64,000 nt of DNA from a candidate division FCPU426 bacterium (GTDB lineage Bacteria; Oederibacteriota; Muellerivitia; Muellerivitales; Muellerivitaceae). The stretch is taken from contig CAWKAR010000025.1 of the NCBI GenBank assembly GCA_963847625.1, forward strand, positions 1-64,000, written 5' to 3'. A model generated the notes under the pieces. The model was not told the DNA's origin and did no database searches. It was given only the letters and a program-made list of their open reading frames with translations. Positions within the stretch are counted from its first letter, which is position 1; every line of letters starts with the position of its first letter. The position numbers and the translations under genes were made by a program. Below, one piece after another: positions 33,390 to 43,583 of this stretch.

Positions 33390-33569
33390 TTATTTAATGA
33401 TATGCAGTTGTAAGGCTATCTGGTGCAGAAGAGGTTGGCCATTGATGACAAGCAAATCCCAAAGGAATTTGAGCAAAAACTTGGTTTGGGCCCAATTGGA
33501 GGCGGCCACCACTAAAACCACCGCCGACACTATTGCATAAAACCCTTTTGCGCTTCCATCCGAATACAT
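33390..33569 (-). CDS. Candidate 59-aa small membrane protein (not in the ORF track)
   Basis: ATG immediately follows the gntK stop; MYSDGSAKGFYAIVSAVVLVVAASNWAQTKFLLKFLWDLLVINGQPLLHQIALQLHIIK. Confidence 0.55.
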   Translation of the reverse strand: MYSDGSAKGFYAIVSAVVLVVAASNWAQTKFLLKFLWDLLVINGQPLLHQIALQLHIIK

Positions 33570-34064
33570 TCAACGGCTCCCGCGTAAATCGAGTTTTTGA
33601 AGCAACATTCCAACGATGTTTTCTACTTCCTGGGATATATCCACCATTATAGCGTCTTCCGGCTCTTCCAATTCATCAAACTGGCTTTCCAATAATCCCG
33701 GATTGAAATAGTGCCCTTTTCGATTCCGAAGCCGTTCTCGGATAAGGTTGGGAGAACCTTTCAAAAACACAAAAAGAATTTTCACGTTTCCGAAGAGTTG
33801 TATCCGATACTTTTGTTTGAGAGCTGAGCAGGCCAGAACGGTGAATTTTTGGGTTTTATTCCATTCCTGGATAAAGCCGGAAAGCTTCTCGAGCCAAGGT
33901 GCCCTGTCGGAGTCGGTCAAGGCCAGGCCTTGGCTCATTTTCTCCCGGCTCTCAGGGGAATGGAAATCATCCGCGTCGAAAAAGGGACATGAAAGTGCTT
34001 GCGCTAGCTTTTTTCCAACTGTGGTCTTGCCGCTTCCCGCGACTCCCATCAGAAGGATCACCAT
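33570..34064 (-). CDS. gntK: Gluconokinase (GntK/IdnK family)
   Basis: MGVAGSGKTT, DADDFH, LTDSDRAPWL, ACSALK, LLESQFDELEEP. Confidence 0.93.
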   Translation of the reverse strand: MVILLMGVAGSGKTTVGKKLAQALSCPFFDADDFHSPESREKMSQGLALTDSDRAPWLEKLSGFIQEWNKTQKFTVLACSALKQKYRIQLFGNVKILFVFLKGSPNLIRERLRNRKGHYFNPGLLESQFDELEEPEDAIMVDISQEVENIVGMLLQKLDLRGSR

Positions 34065-34072
34065 AACAGACC

Positions 34073-34831
34073 TCAAGCCTCGACTATTTTTAAATAAAAA
34101 GCAACTGACTTTAGTTTTTTTCCCACGGTGCTTTCCAAGTATTCCAATAGGGTTAAGAGCATTTTGCGGGTGTAAGCCGATGCCATCCGAAGTATATGGG
34201 CCCGTTCCAGTGGTTGGCTTCGAAGACGTTTCATCACCTCCAGTTCCCGAGGATCAACCCGAAGGCGAGCAGGTCCGGATGGACAGCAGTTCCCGCAAAG
34301 GGCGCCGCCCCGGTGAGGGATGAGAAACACTTCTTTTTTCACCAACAGCTCCCCGCATTCAGCGCAATCATTCAGTTCCAGGGGATAACCTGATAAGGCC
34401 AGGTAGTGGAGGCAAAAGGCCGCGAGGGTTTGCTCCCGTGATCCGGGATGTTCCCGAAAAGCGGACAACATCGCCTTCAAAAGAATGTACAAGTCCCGGT
34501 TGGGATCCTGGTCCGGGAGACTTTGGAGAAGAATGTCGGCCAGAAGTTGGAGCAGGACGATGGTGGCAAGATCACCCTTCAAGTCATGGTAGTCGTCCAA
34601 TATCCTGGCCTGGGAAATCACGAATAAATCCCCGCCAGTCCGACGGTTCAACGAGAAGGTGGATTCGGTAAAAGGCTCCAAAGCCGAGGCCTGTCGGCTC
34701 CGCGGTTTTCGGGCTCCCTTGGAGATGGCCCGGACTTTTCCCTCCTGGAGGGTGAAAATTTGGACGATTTTGTCCGACTCGGCATGGGAAAAAGCGTTCA
34801 ACACCAAACCTTGAACGGGCAGGAAACCCAA
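34073..34831 (-). CDS. recO: DNA repair protein RecO
   Basis: ESDKIVQIFT..GKVRAISKGARKPRSR, LEPFT, zinc finger CAECG...GGALCGNC. Confidence 0.95.
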   Translation of the reverse strand: MGFLPVQGLVLNAFSHAESDKIVQIFTLQEGKVRAISKGARKPRSRQASALEPFTESTFSLNRRTGGDLFVISQARILDDYHDLKGDLATIVLLQLLADILLQSLPDQDPNRDLYILLKAMLSAFREHPGSREQTLAAFCLHYLALSGYPLELNDCAECGELLVKKEVFLIPHRGGALCGNCCPSGPARLRVDPRELEVMKRLRSQPLERAHILRMASAYTRKMLLTLLEYLESTVGKKLKSVAFYLKIVEA

Positions 34832-34834
34832 GGA

Positions 34835-35740
34835 TTAACTTTCCTCTTCTGTAACAAACTCAACAGACAGCGCGGGAAAATACACCCACACCAGGGTGGC
34901 CACGGTCAAGTTGATGAGTAACTCCAATAATAAGAAAAGAAGACCGATCAGCGGGGTGTGCCTGAGCAGGTTCAGGATGGTCTGGTAAGTGATGGAGAAG
35001 ATCAGATAAGCAAGGAAAATCAACAGGATGCTCCAGACCACGCGCCCGTAATGTTCCACGCATTTTTGGAAACTCCTAGCGAGGGACTGGAAGACTTCCC
35101 CTTCCTTCACTAGGAAGGCGGCGGCCACTAAAAAATAAACAACAAAAGCCAGGACCAGAAAAAAGCATGCCACGCAAAAAGGCAAGACCAGCAATAATCC
35201 AATTCCTGGATGGCCCAACCCCTTGAAGAACGCCGCGCCGGCAATAACGAACAGGATCAGGAAAGCCGCGAATAACAAGATACAAAAAATATAAAAAATA
35301 CTCAAACCCAGCATGGATGAAAAGCAACCAACTCCTCCTTTCAAGAAACCCGCAAAAGAAAAGAAAGTTCCCTTTTGTCGGTATTCCATGATTTGCTTGA
35401 AAAGCGCTCCGGTAAAAAAGACTTCGAATAAAAACCACCAAACAAGGTAAAGAGAAAAAAGTCCCAAAACAGTCCATAAAAAATCTGGTTTTTGAAAAAA
35501 AGACGAGAAATCGAAGTTCCCCAAAGCCTGCTGATAATCATCCGGATTTGAGTTTTTTAAAATATTAAAAAGAGGTTGTATGAATGGCCCCATGGCCAGA
35601 ATCAGGCAGAAAATCATGGACAGGAAATTTAGGACGATGAAGACGAACCGGACGAGAAATAGCGGCCAAAGGGCGATGCTGGTTTTCCAGGCCCTCCCGT
35701 AAAGCTCTGAAAGTGGGGGAAGGGTTATTGGGTTGGTCAT
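34835..35740 (-). CDS. Hypothetical multi-pass membrane protein
   Basis: 301 aa with about six hydrophobic segments; tightly spaced between yajQ and recO. Confidence 0.8.
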   Translation of the reverse strand: MTNPITLPPLSELYGRAWKTSIALWPLFLVRFVFIVLNFLSMIFCLILAMGPFIQPLFNILKNSNPDDYQQALGNFDFSSFFQKPDFLWTVLGLFSLYLVWWFLFEVFFTGALFKQIMEYRQKGTFFSFAGFLKGGVGCFSSMLGLSIFYIFCILLFAAFLILFVIAGAAFFKGLGHPGIGLLLVLPFCVACFFLVLAFVVYFLVAAAFLVKEGEVFQSLARSFQKCVEHYGRVVWSILLIFLAYLIFSITYQTILNLLRHTPLIGLLFLLLELLINLTVATLVWVYFPALSVEFVTEEES

Positions 35741-35752
35741 AGGAACCTTTGA

Positions 35753-36253
35753 TCAGCGATAATTATTGAATTGAAGCGGGATCTTGATGTCCTGGGCGGC
35801 CTTCAGCAATTGAATGGCATTTTGGAGGTCATCCTTGGCTTTGCCGGAAACCCGTACCTTCTCTTCGGTGATCTGGACCTGGACCTTGAGCTTGGAATCC
35901 TTGATCTTCTTCACGATTTCCTTGCAGGTTTCCATGGGTATTCCACTGACGATCTTGGCCTTCTGGTTGACGGTCCCACTGAAGGCCGGTTCCGCCGTCT
36001 GGAAATCCAGCGCCCTCGGCGAAATGCTCCTCTTGACGAGCTTTCCTTTCAGGACATCCACGACGGCCCGGAGCTTGGATTCATCGTCGGCCACGATCTC
36101 CAGTTCCTTGGCCGGTTTGTTCAGGGTGATCTTGCTGATGCTTCCCTTGAAATCAAAGCGCTGGGAAATCTCCTTCATGGACTGGTTGACCGCGTTATCA
36201 ACCTCCTGAAGGTCCACTTCCGAAACCACGTCAAAGGAAAAATTATCCGCCAT
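35753..36253 (-). CDS. yajQ: YajQ-family nucleotide/c-di-GMP-binding protein
   Basis: SFDVVSEVDLQEVDNAVNQ, RFDFKG, VRVSGK..DDLQ, LQFNNYR. Confidence 0.96.
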   Translation of the reverse strand: MADNFSFDVVSEVDLQEVDNAVNQSMKEISQRFDFKGSISKITLNKPAKELEIVADDESKLRAVVDVLKGKLVKRSISPRALDFQTAEPAFSGTVNQKAKIVSGIPMETCKEIVKKIKDSKLKVQVQITEEKVRVSGKAKDDLQNAIQLLKAAQDIKIPLQFNNYR

Positions 36254-36322
36254 TCATAACCTCGATGGTTTTTTAAAAAAACAGAACTTTTAAACGATGG
36301 AAAAAACGAAAATTTCTTTCTA

Positions 36323-37213
36323 TCAGGTTCCGCTTCCGCCGACATCTTCATTGGCTTGCCCTTGAGTGCTGGGCGGGAGGGTGATTTCCAGCACTTGGCC
36401 TGTCGCGCCCAGGACTCCAAGGGGGTTCCCGTTGAATTGGACATCCACGCCCCCCGCGTTGCCCAATTTCAGGGTGAAGCTTTTCAAGGCCTTGTAGGTC
36501 TTGACCTCACCGGGCGCCAGGTCCACTTCCGAGCCGGTTTGGCTGCCGTCCATCTTGACCCGGAACCAGGACTTTTCCAAACCTTTCAGGACCAAATGCT
36601 GGTATTTATCCACCACTTGGCCCGCAGCGTAGGAGTCTTGGGAAACCACCCCCCCTTTGGCCTCCCTCGAATGTAGTTTCGAGAAGAGGGTCTTGCCGTA
36701 TTTCCATCCAAGGAAGACCATGCAAACCAAGACTAGGATCAGACCAATCCGAACGGTCGTGGGGACCCAATCAACTTTCCGGAGGGCGTTAAGTCTCTGC
36801 CGGACGATCGCCGGCTGGCGGGGCATAGTGGTCTCGGTGTGGTCCTCTTCCACGAATTCCAGATTTAAATCACTCGAATGGTCCGAAAGCCGGTACACAG
36901 GCTGCCGGTGGAGGGTGGACTTCCACCCGAAGGCCTTTTCCAACTCCACTTCCGCGTTCATGGGCTGGATTCTCATTTCCTCTGGCATGAATTCCGCATT
37001 GAACCGCCTGGTCAAGAGCATTGGGTCCAGGCCAACTATTTTCGCGTAGGCGCGGATAAAACCCTTGGCAAAGACTTGCGAGGGAAAAACTTCAAACCGG
37101 TCCTCCTCGATAGCCTCCAGGTATTTGATGGGAATGCGCGTCTTTTGAGAAATGTCCTCCAGGGGAATTTTTCTTGAGATTCTAGCTTCTTTCAGGTCCG
37201 TGCCGAGGCTCAT
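36323..37213 (-). CDS. rodZ: RodZ-like protein (HTH, one TM, DUF4115)
   Basis: LGTDLKEAR...TRIPIKYLEAIEED...KGFIRAYA; TM segment; LKLGNAGGVDVQFNG. Confidence 0.9.
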   Translation of the reverse strand: MSLGTDLKEARISRKIPLEDISQKTRIPIKYLEAIEEDRFEVFPSQVFAKGFIRAYAKIVGLDPMLLTRRFNAEFMPEEMRIQPMNAEVELEKAFGWKSTLHRQPVYRLSDHSSDLNLEFVEEDHTETTMPRQPAIVRQRLNALRKVDWVPTTVRIGLILVLVCMVFLGWKYGKTLFSKLHSREAKGGVVSQDSYAAGQVVDKYQHLVLKGLEKSWFRVKMDGSQTGSEVDLAPGEVKTYKALKSFTLKLGNAGGVDVQFNGNPLGVLGATGQVLEITLPPSTQGQANEDVGGSGT

Positions 37214-37965
37214 TAGAATATCTCTCCTTCCACCACCTGCGTCTCCGCAGGCGGTTTGAACTGGAACAACTGGTCCGAAAGTCCCTTGTTGAATTGGAAG
37301 TTGTTAAAACGGGCCTTGGTCTCCATGGAGGGGTTGAGCATCTCCATCTGGCTAGGCCACCAATCCTTCTTGCGGATGTAAACTTTCATGCTGTCAAAAC
37401 CCGCGTTCTCGGATAAAGGAATGAAAAGTAGCCCCACTTCGTTTCCATCGTTCTTGATGATGGTAACCCGGCTGATGTCGAAGTACTTTTTCAATTCCTT
37501 CCCCACGCCCAGGTAAACAGGCGCCGAATGCCCCTTCTTCGCCTGGTGCTGCTCATAAACGGTCTTTTGGTCGGGCTGGTACATTTCCAGGAGGTCTCCT
37601 TGCGCGTAGAGGAACTGCTCCGTGGGCTTGGTGTAATGAACGAAAATCTTATCGGGGTTTTTGATCTTGATCGCCCCTTTGCAAGACTGCTTTTGGTTGG
37701 ATAGAGAGTCTTTCATTTCCAAATTTAAGTCCATCTGGACATCCCGGATGGAAGCCTGGGCCTCCTCGATTTTTTTTGAAACATCCTCCACCGTCAGGTC
37801 TTTTTTAGCCGAGGTGCCCCCCCTGAGCGGCGCCGCGGAGGTAAAAAAAGCTAATCCCAAAAAAATAAAAACGCACTTCAAGAAAAAAGGAAAACGGGAA
37901 TACCCCTTTTTTCTTTTCCCGCTTTGCGGGTCGGGTGAAAAAATATTCTTAATCCAGCTTTTCAT
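37213..37965 (-). CDS. lolA: Outer-membrane lipoprotein carrier LolA-family protein
   Basis: KNPDKIFVHYTKP, YQPDQKTV, FNKGLSDQLFQFKPP; located directly after ftsK. Confidence 0.8.
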   Translation of the reverse strand: MKSWIKNIFSPDPQSGKRKKGYSRFPFFLKCVFIFLGLAFFTSAAPLRGGTSAKKDLTVEDVSKKIEEAQASIRDVQMDLNLEMKDSLSNQKQSCKGAIKIKNPDKIFVHYTKPTEQFLYAQGDLLEMYQPDQKTVYEQHQAKKGHSAPVYLGVGKELKKYFDISRVTIIKNDGNEVGLLFIPLSENAGFDSMKVYIRKKDWWPSQMEMLNPSMETKARFNNFQFNKGLSDQLFQFKPPAETQVVEGEIF

Positions 37966-40384
37966 CCAACGTCTCCTCCTCGAACTCCCCGTTGGAATCG
38001 TCAGTGTTGGGGGCGAGGATTTTGCGGGGTTTGTTTCCATCCGCGGGTCCCACGAGACCCCGCACCTCCATGTCGTCCAAAAGCCTCGCCGCGCGGCTAT
38101 ATCCCACCTTGAGGCGTCGCTGAAGCAGTGAAGTGGAAGCCTGTTTGGCCCGAATCACGATTTCCAGGGCCTCGTCAAACAACTCGTCCTCGCTCTCCTC
38201 CGTTACCATGTCCCTGGACTTGGAGGTTTCCAGATCGGCCAAATAGATGGGCGCTCCCTGGGATTTCCAGTAGTCTGTTAGGCGCTCGATTTCCTCCAAC
38301 GTAACATAGGCCCCTTGAAGCCGCAAGGGCTTGGGGGACCCCGAGGCCAGATACAGCATATCGCCCCTTCCCAAAAGGGCTTCGGCTCCGTTCATATCCA
38401 GAATCGTGCGGGAATCGACCTTCGAAAAGACTTGGAAAGCGATACGCGATGGAAAATTGGCCTTGATAATACCGGTAATTACCTCCACGGAGGGTCTTTG
38501 GGTGGCCAGAACCAGGTGGATGCCCACCGCCCTGGCCATCTGGGCGAGCCTAGTGATGGAATCCTCCACTTGGTCCTTGGCCGCCATAATGAGGTCGGCC
38601 AGTTCATCCACCAATACCACGATGTAGTAAAGAGGATACTGGTCTGCTTCCCCCGCCTCCCGTTTCTGGGCGACCTTTGAGTTGAAAGTGTCGATATCCC
38701 GGGCGCCAGCGTGGGCCAGGATCTGGTACCGGTTTTCCATCTCCTGCACCAGCCACTTCAGGGCCGCATTGGCCTGCTTGGAATCGTTCACGACGGGAAG
38801 GGCCAGGTGGGGCAAGCCCTTGTAGATGGCCATTTCCACCCTCTTGGGATCGACCATGACCAGCCGCAATTCCTCAGGCGTGTACTTGAAGAGAAGGCTG
38901 GCGATGATGGTGTTCACGCATACGCTTTTTCCTGAGCCGGTGGAACCCGCGATCAGGATATGGGGCATATCCTTGATGCTGTCAAAGCAGGCGGTTCCCG
39001 CGATGTCCTTGCCCAGGGCTACCCTCAGTTTCTTGGTGGAGGTAAGGAATTCCTCCTGGACGATGAGTTCCTTCAACGTGACAATCCGTCCCTTGCTGTT
39101 GGGCACCTCGACCCCAACGGCGGCCTTTCCGGGAATGGGGGCCACGATGCGCAAGTGCCCGCATTGCAGGGCCAGGGCCAAGTCGTCGGCCAGGGAGGAG
39201 ATGCTGGTGATCTTGACTCCCGCTGCCGGTTGGACTTCGTATTGGGTGACGGTGGGCCCCGGGTTCACTCCTACCACCTTGGCTTCCACCCCGAAATTTT
39301 TAAGTGTTTCCACGATGGTGTGGCTGACTGCCTCATAATCGTCCACTACCCGATCCTTGGCCTCGTCGGCGGTTTTCAGGATATGGACTTCGGGCAGTTT
39401 CCACTGGCGGATGACTCTGACGGTCTTGCGCGGTTCCTCCTCCTCATCCTCTTCTTCCTCATCGGCCATTTCGATGCTGGCCGCCTCCATTTTTTGCCGA
39501 AGGGTCATTGGGTTTTGGACCTTGGCTTCCGCCAAAGCAGCAGCGACCATGTCCTCATCTTCCCCGGAGGGAACATTAACTTCCATATCGGGTTCAGCCT
39601 CCCCGGTGAAAAGGGAGCGTCCCTTGGGTTCCTTGGAAAATTTCTCAGGCGGGAATATTTTACCGGTCTTGGGAACGGAAGCGATGATGGTGGCCTTCGG
39701 GGGAGGGGTGGGGATTCCCTTGCCGATTCTGTCATCAGCATTTAGTCCCGTATCCAATTTCCGATGGGCCTCCGCGGCGACCTTTTTGGCCTCCCGCCGG
39801 GCTTTCCAATCCGCAAAAGCTTGCCGGGTTTTATTGGCCAGCAGAACCAGGGCCTTGAACCCGTTTTCCCTTAAAAAGGCGAACCCCCGGGCGAATCCCT
39901 CCATCACACCCTTGGCCACAGTGACCAGATGCCCTTCTTTTTCAAGCAACCAGGTTGAAAGAACCAAAACCATTAGGCAAATAGTTATAGTCCCAAATAG
40001 GGTCAAAGCTGCCTCCAACCAGTCCCCTACTTGTATTCCCAACTTGCCCGATAACTCCACCCCCTCGCGAATCTGCTTTCCTGGAAACAGGATTCGAATC
40101 AACACACAAACAGAAATCACGCCTAAAAAGAGGCCCAACAGTTTCAACCCCGTCTTATTAAGGGGATCATCCTTGTAACGGGAAAAAGCGAATCGGCATA
40201 ACACGGCAGGTAATATCCAGGCACATAAGCCAAAACTGTAATAAAGGAAATAGGAAAGATATGAACCGGGGCTCCCCAACAAGTTGGGTTTGACACCGGT
40301 AGGGATCAGGGACAGGGCGATCAAAAGACCGAAGCTTCCCGAAAGGAAAACCACAAGGAAATGGTGACGTTTATCCTTGGCCAT
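37949..40384 (-). CDS. ftsK: DNA translocase FtsK
   Basis: N-terminal TM segments; MPHILIAGSTGSGKS, DELADL, ATQRPSV; gamma domain LQRRLKVGYSRAARL. Confidence 0.98.
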   Translation of the reverse strand: MAKDKRHHFLVVFLSGSFGLLIALSLIPTGVKPNLLGSPGSYLSYFLYYSFGLCAWILPAVLCRFAFSRYKDDPLNKTGLKLLGLFLGVISVCVLIRILFPGKQIREGVELSGKLGIQVGDWLEAALTLFGTITICLMVLVLSTWLLEKEGHLVTVAKGVMEGFARGFAFLRENGFKALVLLANKTRQAFADWKARREAKKVAAEAHRKLDTGLNADDRIGKGIPTPPPKATIIASVPKTGKIFPPEKFSKEPKGRSLFTGEAEPDMEVNVPSGEDEDMVAAALAEAKVQNPMTLRQKMEAASIEMADEEEEDEEEEPRKTVRVIRQWKLPEVHILKTADEAKDRVVDDYEAVSHTIVETLKNFGVEAKVVGVNPGPTVTQYEVQPAAGVKITSISSLADDLALALQCGHLRIVAPIPGKAAVGVEVPNSKGRIVTLKELIVQEEFLTSTKKLRVALGKDIAGTACFDSIKDMPHILIAGSTGSGKSVCVNTIIASLLFKYTPEELRLVMVDPKRVEMAIYKGLPHLALPVVNDSKQANAALKWLVQEMENRYQILAHAGARDIDTFNSKVAQKREAGEADQYPLYYIVVLVDELADLIMAAKDQVEDSITRLAQMARAVGIHLVLATQRPSVEVITGIIKANFPSRIAFQVFSKVDSRTILDMNGAEALLGRGDMLYLASGSPKPLRLQGAYVTLEEIERLTDYWKSQGAPIYLADLETSKSRDMVTEESEDELFDEALEIVIRAKQASTSLLQRRLKVGYSRAARLLDDMEVRGLVGPADGNKPRKILAPNTDDSNGEFEEETLDEKLD

Positions 40385-40708
40385 TAAATCCTCGAAGTGG
40401 GACTGGATAGCCCCTGGAATATGGTTTTAAGAAGATGGGTGGGAAAGAATTCATCCTGGAACACAAGTATAGCCGATTGGTGGGGAAAATTAAAAAATAA
40501 ATGACTGATTCCAGGTTGTTCAATTTACGCCCTCATCCGGTCGAAATACCGGCGGCCGAATAAATATTCAATCCCTGAAGTTTATATTCCGAACTTTCCG
40601 TGAATCGATTCCAACTTAGAAAAGTTAATACCTTGGAATTAAGGTGCAAGTCAAATAGGCTTACGGGTAAAATAAATTTCGTTTTAAAATTCACTCCAAG
40701 GTGGGTTC

Positions 40709-41620
40709 ATGTTTTTTCAGATTGCTTTTGACGTTATCCTTCCCATTTTCCTGGTCATGGGACTGGGCTTCCTGCTCTCGAAATCCTTCTCCTTGGACTT
40801 GGGAACCCTTTCCAAGCTGAACTTCTACGTTTTCATTCCGGTCTTCATGTTCTACAGCCTGTTGGTCTTCAAGCCTGCCGGCCGGGAAATAGCCTTGACG
40901 GTTTTATTTAACTTTCTCCTGGCCGCGCTGACCTTCCTGGTCATGGCCGGCCTTACCCGCGCCCTGAGGTTCAAACCCGATATGGCCGCCGCTTCCATAC
41001 TGGCCGTTATGGTTTTCAACTCGGCGAACTACGGCATCCCCGTGGTCCAACTGGCGTTCCAGGGGGAAGGGGTGGCCATCCAGGTCATCACCATCACCGC
41101 CATGAACATTCTCACCTATACCTTCGGAATCCTTATCGCCGGAGGTTGGGGCCAATGGCGAAAGGGCCTGGACACCATCTTCAAGCTTCCCGTGCTTTAT
41201 GCGCTCTTAGCGGCATTGGCCCTGAGGGCCCTGGACCTGAGACTGCCCGATCCAGTCATGTCTTCCCTCAAATGGACTTCCGAGGGCATGCTCTCCATCG
41301 CCTTGATCACCCTGGGCGCCCAGTTGGGAAAGGAGGGAATAACCTTGCGCCACCCCAAGGAATTATGGTTCACCATCGCGTCCCGCCTGATCCTGGGTCC
41401 TTTTTTGGCTTTTCTGCTGATACACTTTCTGGGAATTCATGGCTTATTGGCCAAGGTGCTTTTTGTTTCCAGCGCTTTCCCTACCGCCGTGATTACGGTC
41501 ATGTTCGGCATCGAGTATGATAAAGAACCAGTTTTCACGGCGGACGTGGCGTTTATGACCACCCTGCTTTCAGCGGTCACGGTGACCGGTGCCATCAGCC
41601 TTTCCTCGGTCTTGTTTTAG
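40709..41620 (+). CDS. AEC (auxin efflux carrier) family transporter
   Basis: About ten TM segments; LSKLNFYVFIP, NSANYGIP, LITLGAQL, AFPTAV, TTLLSAVT. Confidence 0.9.
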   Translation: MFFQIAFDVILPIFLVMGLGFLLSKSFSLDLGTLSKLNFYVFIPVFMFYSLLVFKPAGREIALTVLFNFLLAALTFLVMAGLTRALRFKPDMAAASILAVMVFNSANYGIPVVQLAFQGEGVAIQVITITAMNILTYTFGILIAGGWGQWRKGLDTIFKLPVLYALLAALALRALDLRLPDPVMSSLKWTSEGMLSIALITLGAQLGKEGITLRHPKELWFTIASRLILGPFLAFLLIHFLGIHGLLAKVLFVSSAFPTAVITVMFGIEYDKEPVFTADVAFMTTLLSAVTVTGAISLSSVLF

Positions 41621-41634
41621 TTGAAGGAACTCTT

Positions 41635-41772
41635 ATGAAACAAAAGGCCAAAAAGAATCTAAAAGCCACCAAATCTCCCACTCCCGAAAAAGATTTGTGG
41701 AAAAACCCGTCCTATAAAAACATGCTGAACCCTTACGAAAGCAAATATCCTCAGCAAAAGAAAAAGAAATGA
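41635..41772 (+). CDS. Candidate 45-aa Lys-rich small protein (not in the ORF track)
   Basis: GAAGGA RBS then MKQKAKKNLKATKSPTPEKDLWKNPSYKNMLNPYESKYPQQKKKK; fills the gap between the transporter and uidA. Confidence 0.55.
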   Translation: MKQKAKKNLKATKSPTPEKDLWKNPSYKNMLNPYESKYPQQKKKK

Positions 41773-41813
41773 AAACCGGCAATTGCCGGTAAAACCCCGA
41801 AAAGAGGTATTTT

Positions 41814-43550
41814 ATGTTCTACCCGCAATCAAACCGTTTTCGCCAGGTCAAGGACATCTCCGGTTTTTGGGATTTCAAGTTGGACCCAACGGACAAAGGT
41901 CTCCAAAAGGGTTGGGCCCGGGGCTTTAACGGTGGCCGCTGGATCGGTGTACCAGCCAGTTGGAACGACCAATTCGAGGATACCCGTGACTACCTGGGGA
42001 CGGCCTGGTATCAAACCAGGTTCGACAAACCTCACGGGCAGAGAGACCAAAGGATCTTTTTTAGATTCAACTCGGTCAACTATTTGGCGGATGTCTGGTT
42101 GAACGGGGCGAAACTGGGCTCCCATGAGGGCGGCCACCTGCCGTTCAATTTCGAGATAACGGATCACCTGAAGCCCGAAAAGAACCTTTTGGTGGTTCGG
42201 GTGGACGGTCAATTGGCGCCCGACCGGGTTCCGCCGGGTAATGTCCCCTTTGACCCCAAGGACTCCTTCGGCAATGCCTTCTACCCCCCGGCTTCCTTCG
42301 ATTTTTTCCCCTATTGTGGAATCCAAAGATCCGTGCTTTTGTTCACCACTCCTTCGGACTATATCCGCGACTTGACTGTGACGACCGTAATCTCCGGTTC
42401 AACTGGCAGGGTCGGGGTTCAGGTGACCGCCGAAGGCCGCTCTTCCTTGAGGGCCCGCGTCACCCTGGAAGGTTTCGGCCGGGAATTCTCCGCCGACGCA
42501 TCTTTGGTTAAAGACACCGCTCTTTCCCGGTTGGCAGTTCCCCGGGCCAAGTTCTGGTCCCCATCCGCCCCGAATCTTTACAACCTGAAGGTGGAACTGT
42601 TGGATGGTAATACCTCAGTAGATCAACTCACTTTGCCCGTGGGAATAAGAACCATCCGGGTCCAGGGCCGCCAGCTTCTTTTAAACGGCAAGCCCGTTTT
42701 TCTGAAAGGCTTCGGCCGGCATGAGGATTTCCCCGTGGTGGGCCGTTACGTGCCCCGGGCCGTAATGGTGAAGGATTTCGACTTGATGCGCTGGACTGGC
42801 GCCAATTCCTTCCGCACGACGCATTATCCTTACGACGAATCCAATCTCAGTCTGGCGGACAAGTTGGGTTTCCTGGTCATCGCCGAAACCCCCGCTGTCG
42901 GGCTTTTCTTCAATTCGAAAGGTCTTAAAAAACGCCTTCATCTTTGCCGCCAATACACCCGGGAATTAATCGAAAGGGACAAGAACCATCCGAGTGTCAT
43001 CCTCTGGAGCCTGGCCAACGAACCTCATTCCAAAAAACCTGCCGCTACGGGGTTTTTCAAGAACCTGGCGTCACTGGCCCGAAGCCTGGATCCCTCCCGG
43101 CCTTTGACCCTGGCCAGTTACCTCAGCCTTGAAGAGAAAGCATTTCAATTTTTAGACGTGGTTTGCGCGAACCGTTATTACGGCTGGTACAGCGAACCGG
43201 GGGATCTGGACAAGGCTTGCCGGCGCCTTTCGAAGGACCTGGACGCCATTGACAGCCGGTTCAAGAAGCCGGTCCTCCTGACCGAATTCGGGGCGGATGC
43301 CCTACCGGGCCATCACGCCGAGCCGCCCGAGATGTTCTCCGAGGAATACCAAGCCGAGATGATTACCCGCTATTTAAAGGTTTTAAGTCAAAAGCGATTC
43401 GTAACGGGGGCCCATGTCTGGAACCTTTGCGATTTCAAGACCGCCCAAGGCACCCACAGGGCAGGCGCTATGAACTGGAAGGGGGTTTTCACCAGGGACC
43501 GAAGGCCAAAAGCTGCGGCACACCAGTTGAAAAAACTCTGGAGCAAATAA
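41814..43550 (+). CDS. uidA: Beta-glucuronidase (GH2), cytoplasmic
   Basis: VPASWND, FDFFPYCGIQR, GFGRHED, ANSFRTTHYPY, WSLANEP (acid/base), TEFGAD (nucleophile), NWKG (N-x-K glucuronidase motif). Confidence 0.92.
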   Translation: MFYPQSNRFRQVKDISGFWDFKLDPTDKGLQKGWARGFNGGRWIGVPASWNDQFEDTRDYLGTAWYQTRFDKPHGQRDQRIFFRFNSVNYLADVWLNGAKLGSHEGGHLPFNFEITDHLKPEKNLLVVRVDGQLAPDRVPPGNVPFDPKDSFGNAFYPPASFDFFPYCGIQRSVLLFTTPSDYIRDLTVTTVISGSTGRVGVQVTAEGRSSLRARVTLEGFGREFSADASLVKDTALSRLAVPRAKFWSPSAPNLYNLKVELLDGNTSVDQLTLPVGIRTIRVQGRQLLLNGKPVFLKGFGRHEDFPVVGRYVPRAVMVKDFDLMRWTGANSFRTTHYPYDESNLSLADKLGFLVIAETPAVGLFFNSKGLKKRLHLCRQYTRELIERDKNHPSVILWSLANEPHSKKPAATGFFKNLASLARSLDPSRPLTLASYLSLEEKAFQFLDVVCANRYYGWYSEPGDLDKACRRLSKDLDAIDSRFKKPVLLTEFGADALPGHHAEPPEMFSEEYQAEMITRYLKVLSQKRFVTGAHVWNLCDFKTAQGTHRAGAMNWKGVFTRDRRPKAAAHQLKKLWSK

Positions 43551-43583
43551 TAGAAGGTTTATTTATTTGGAGCTTGTATTTAA

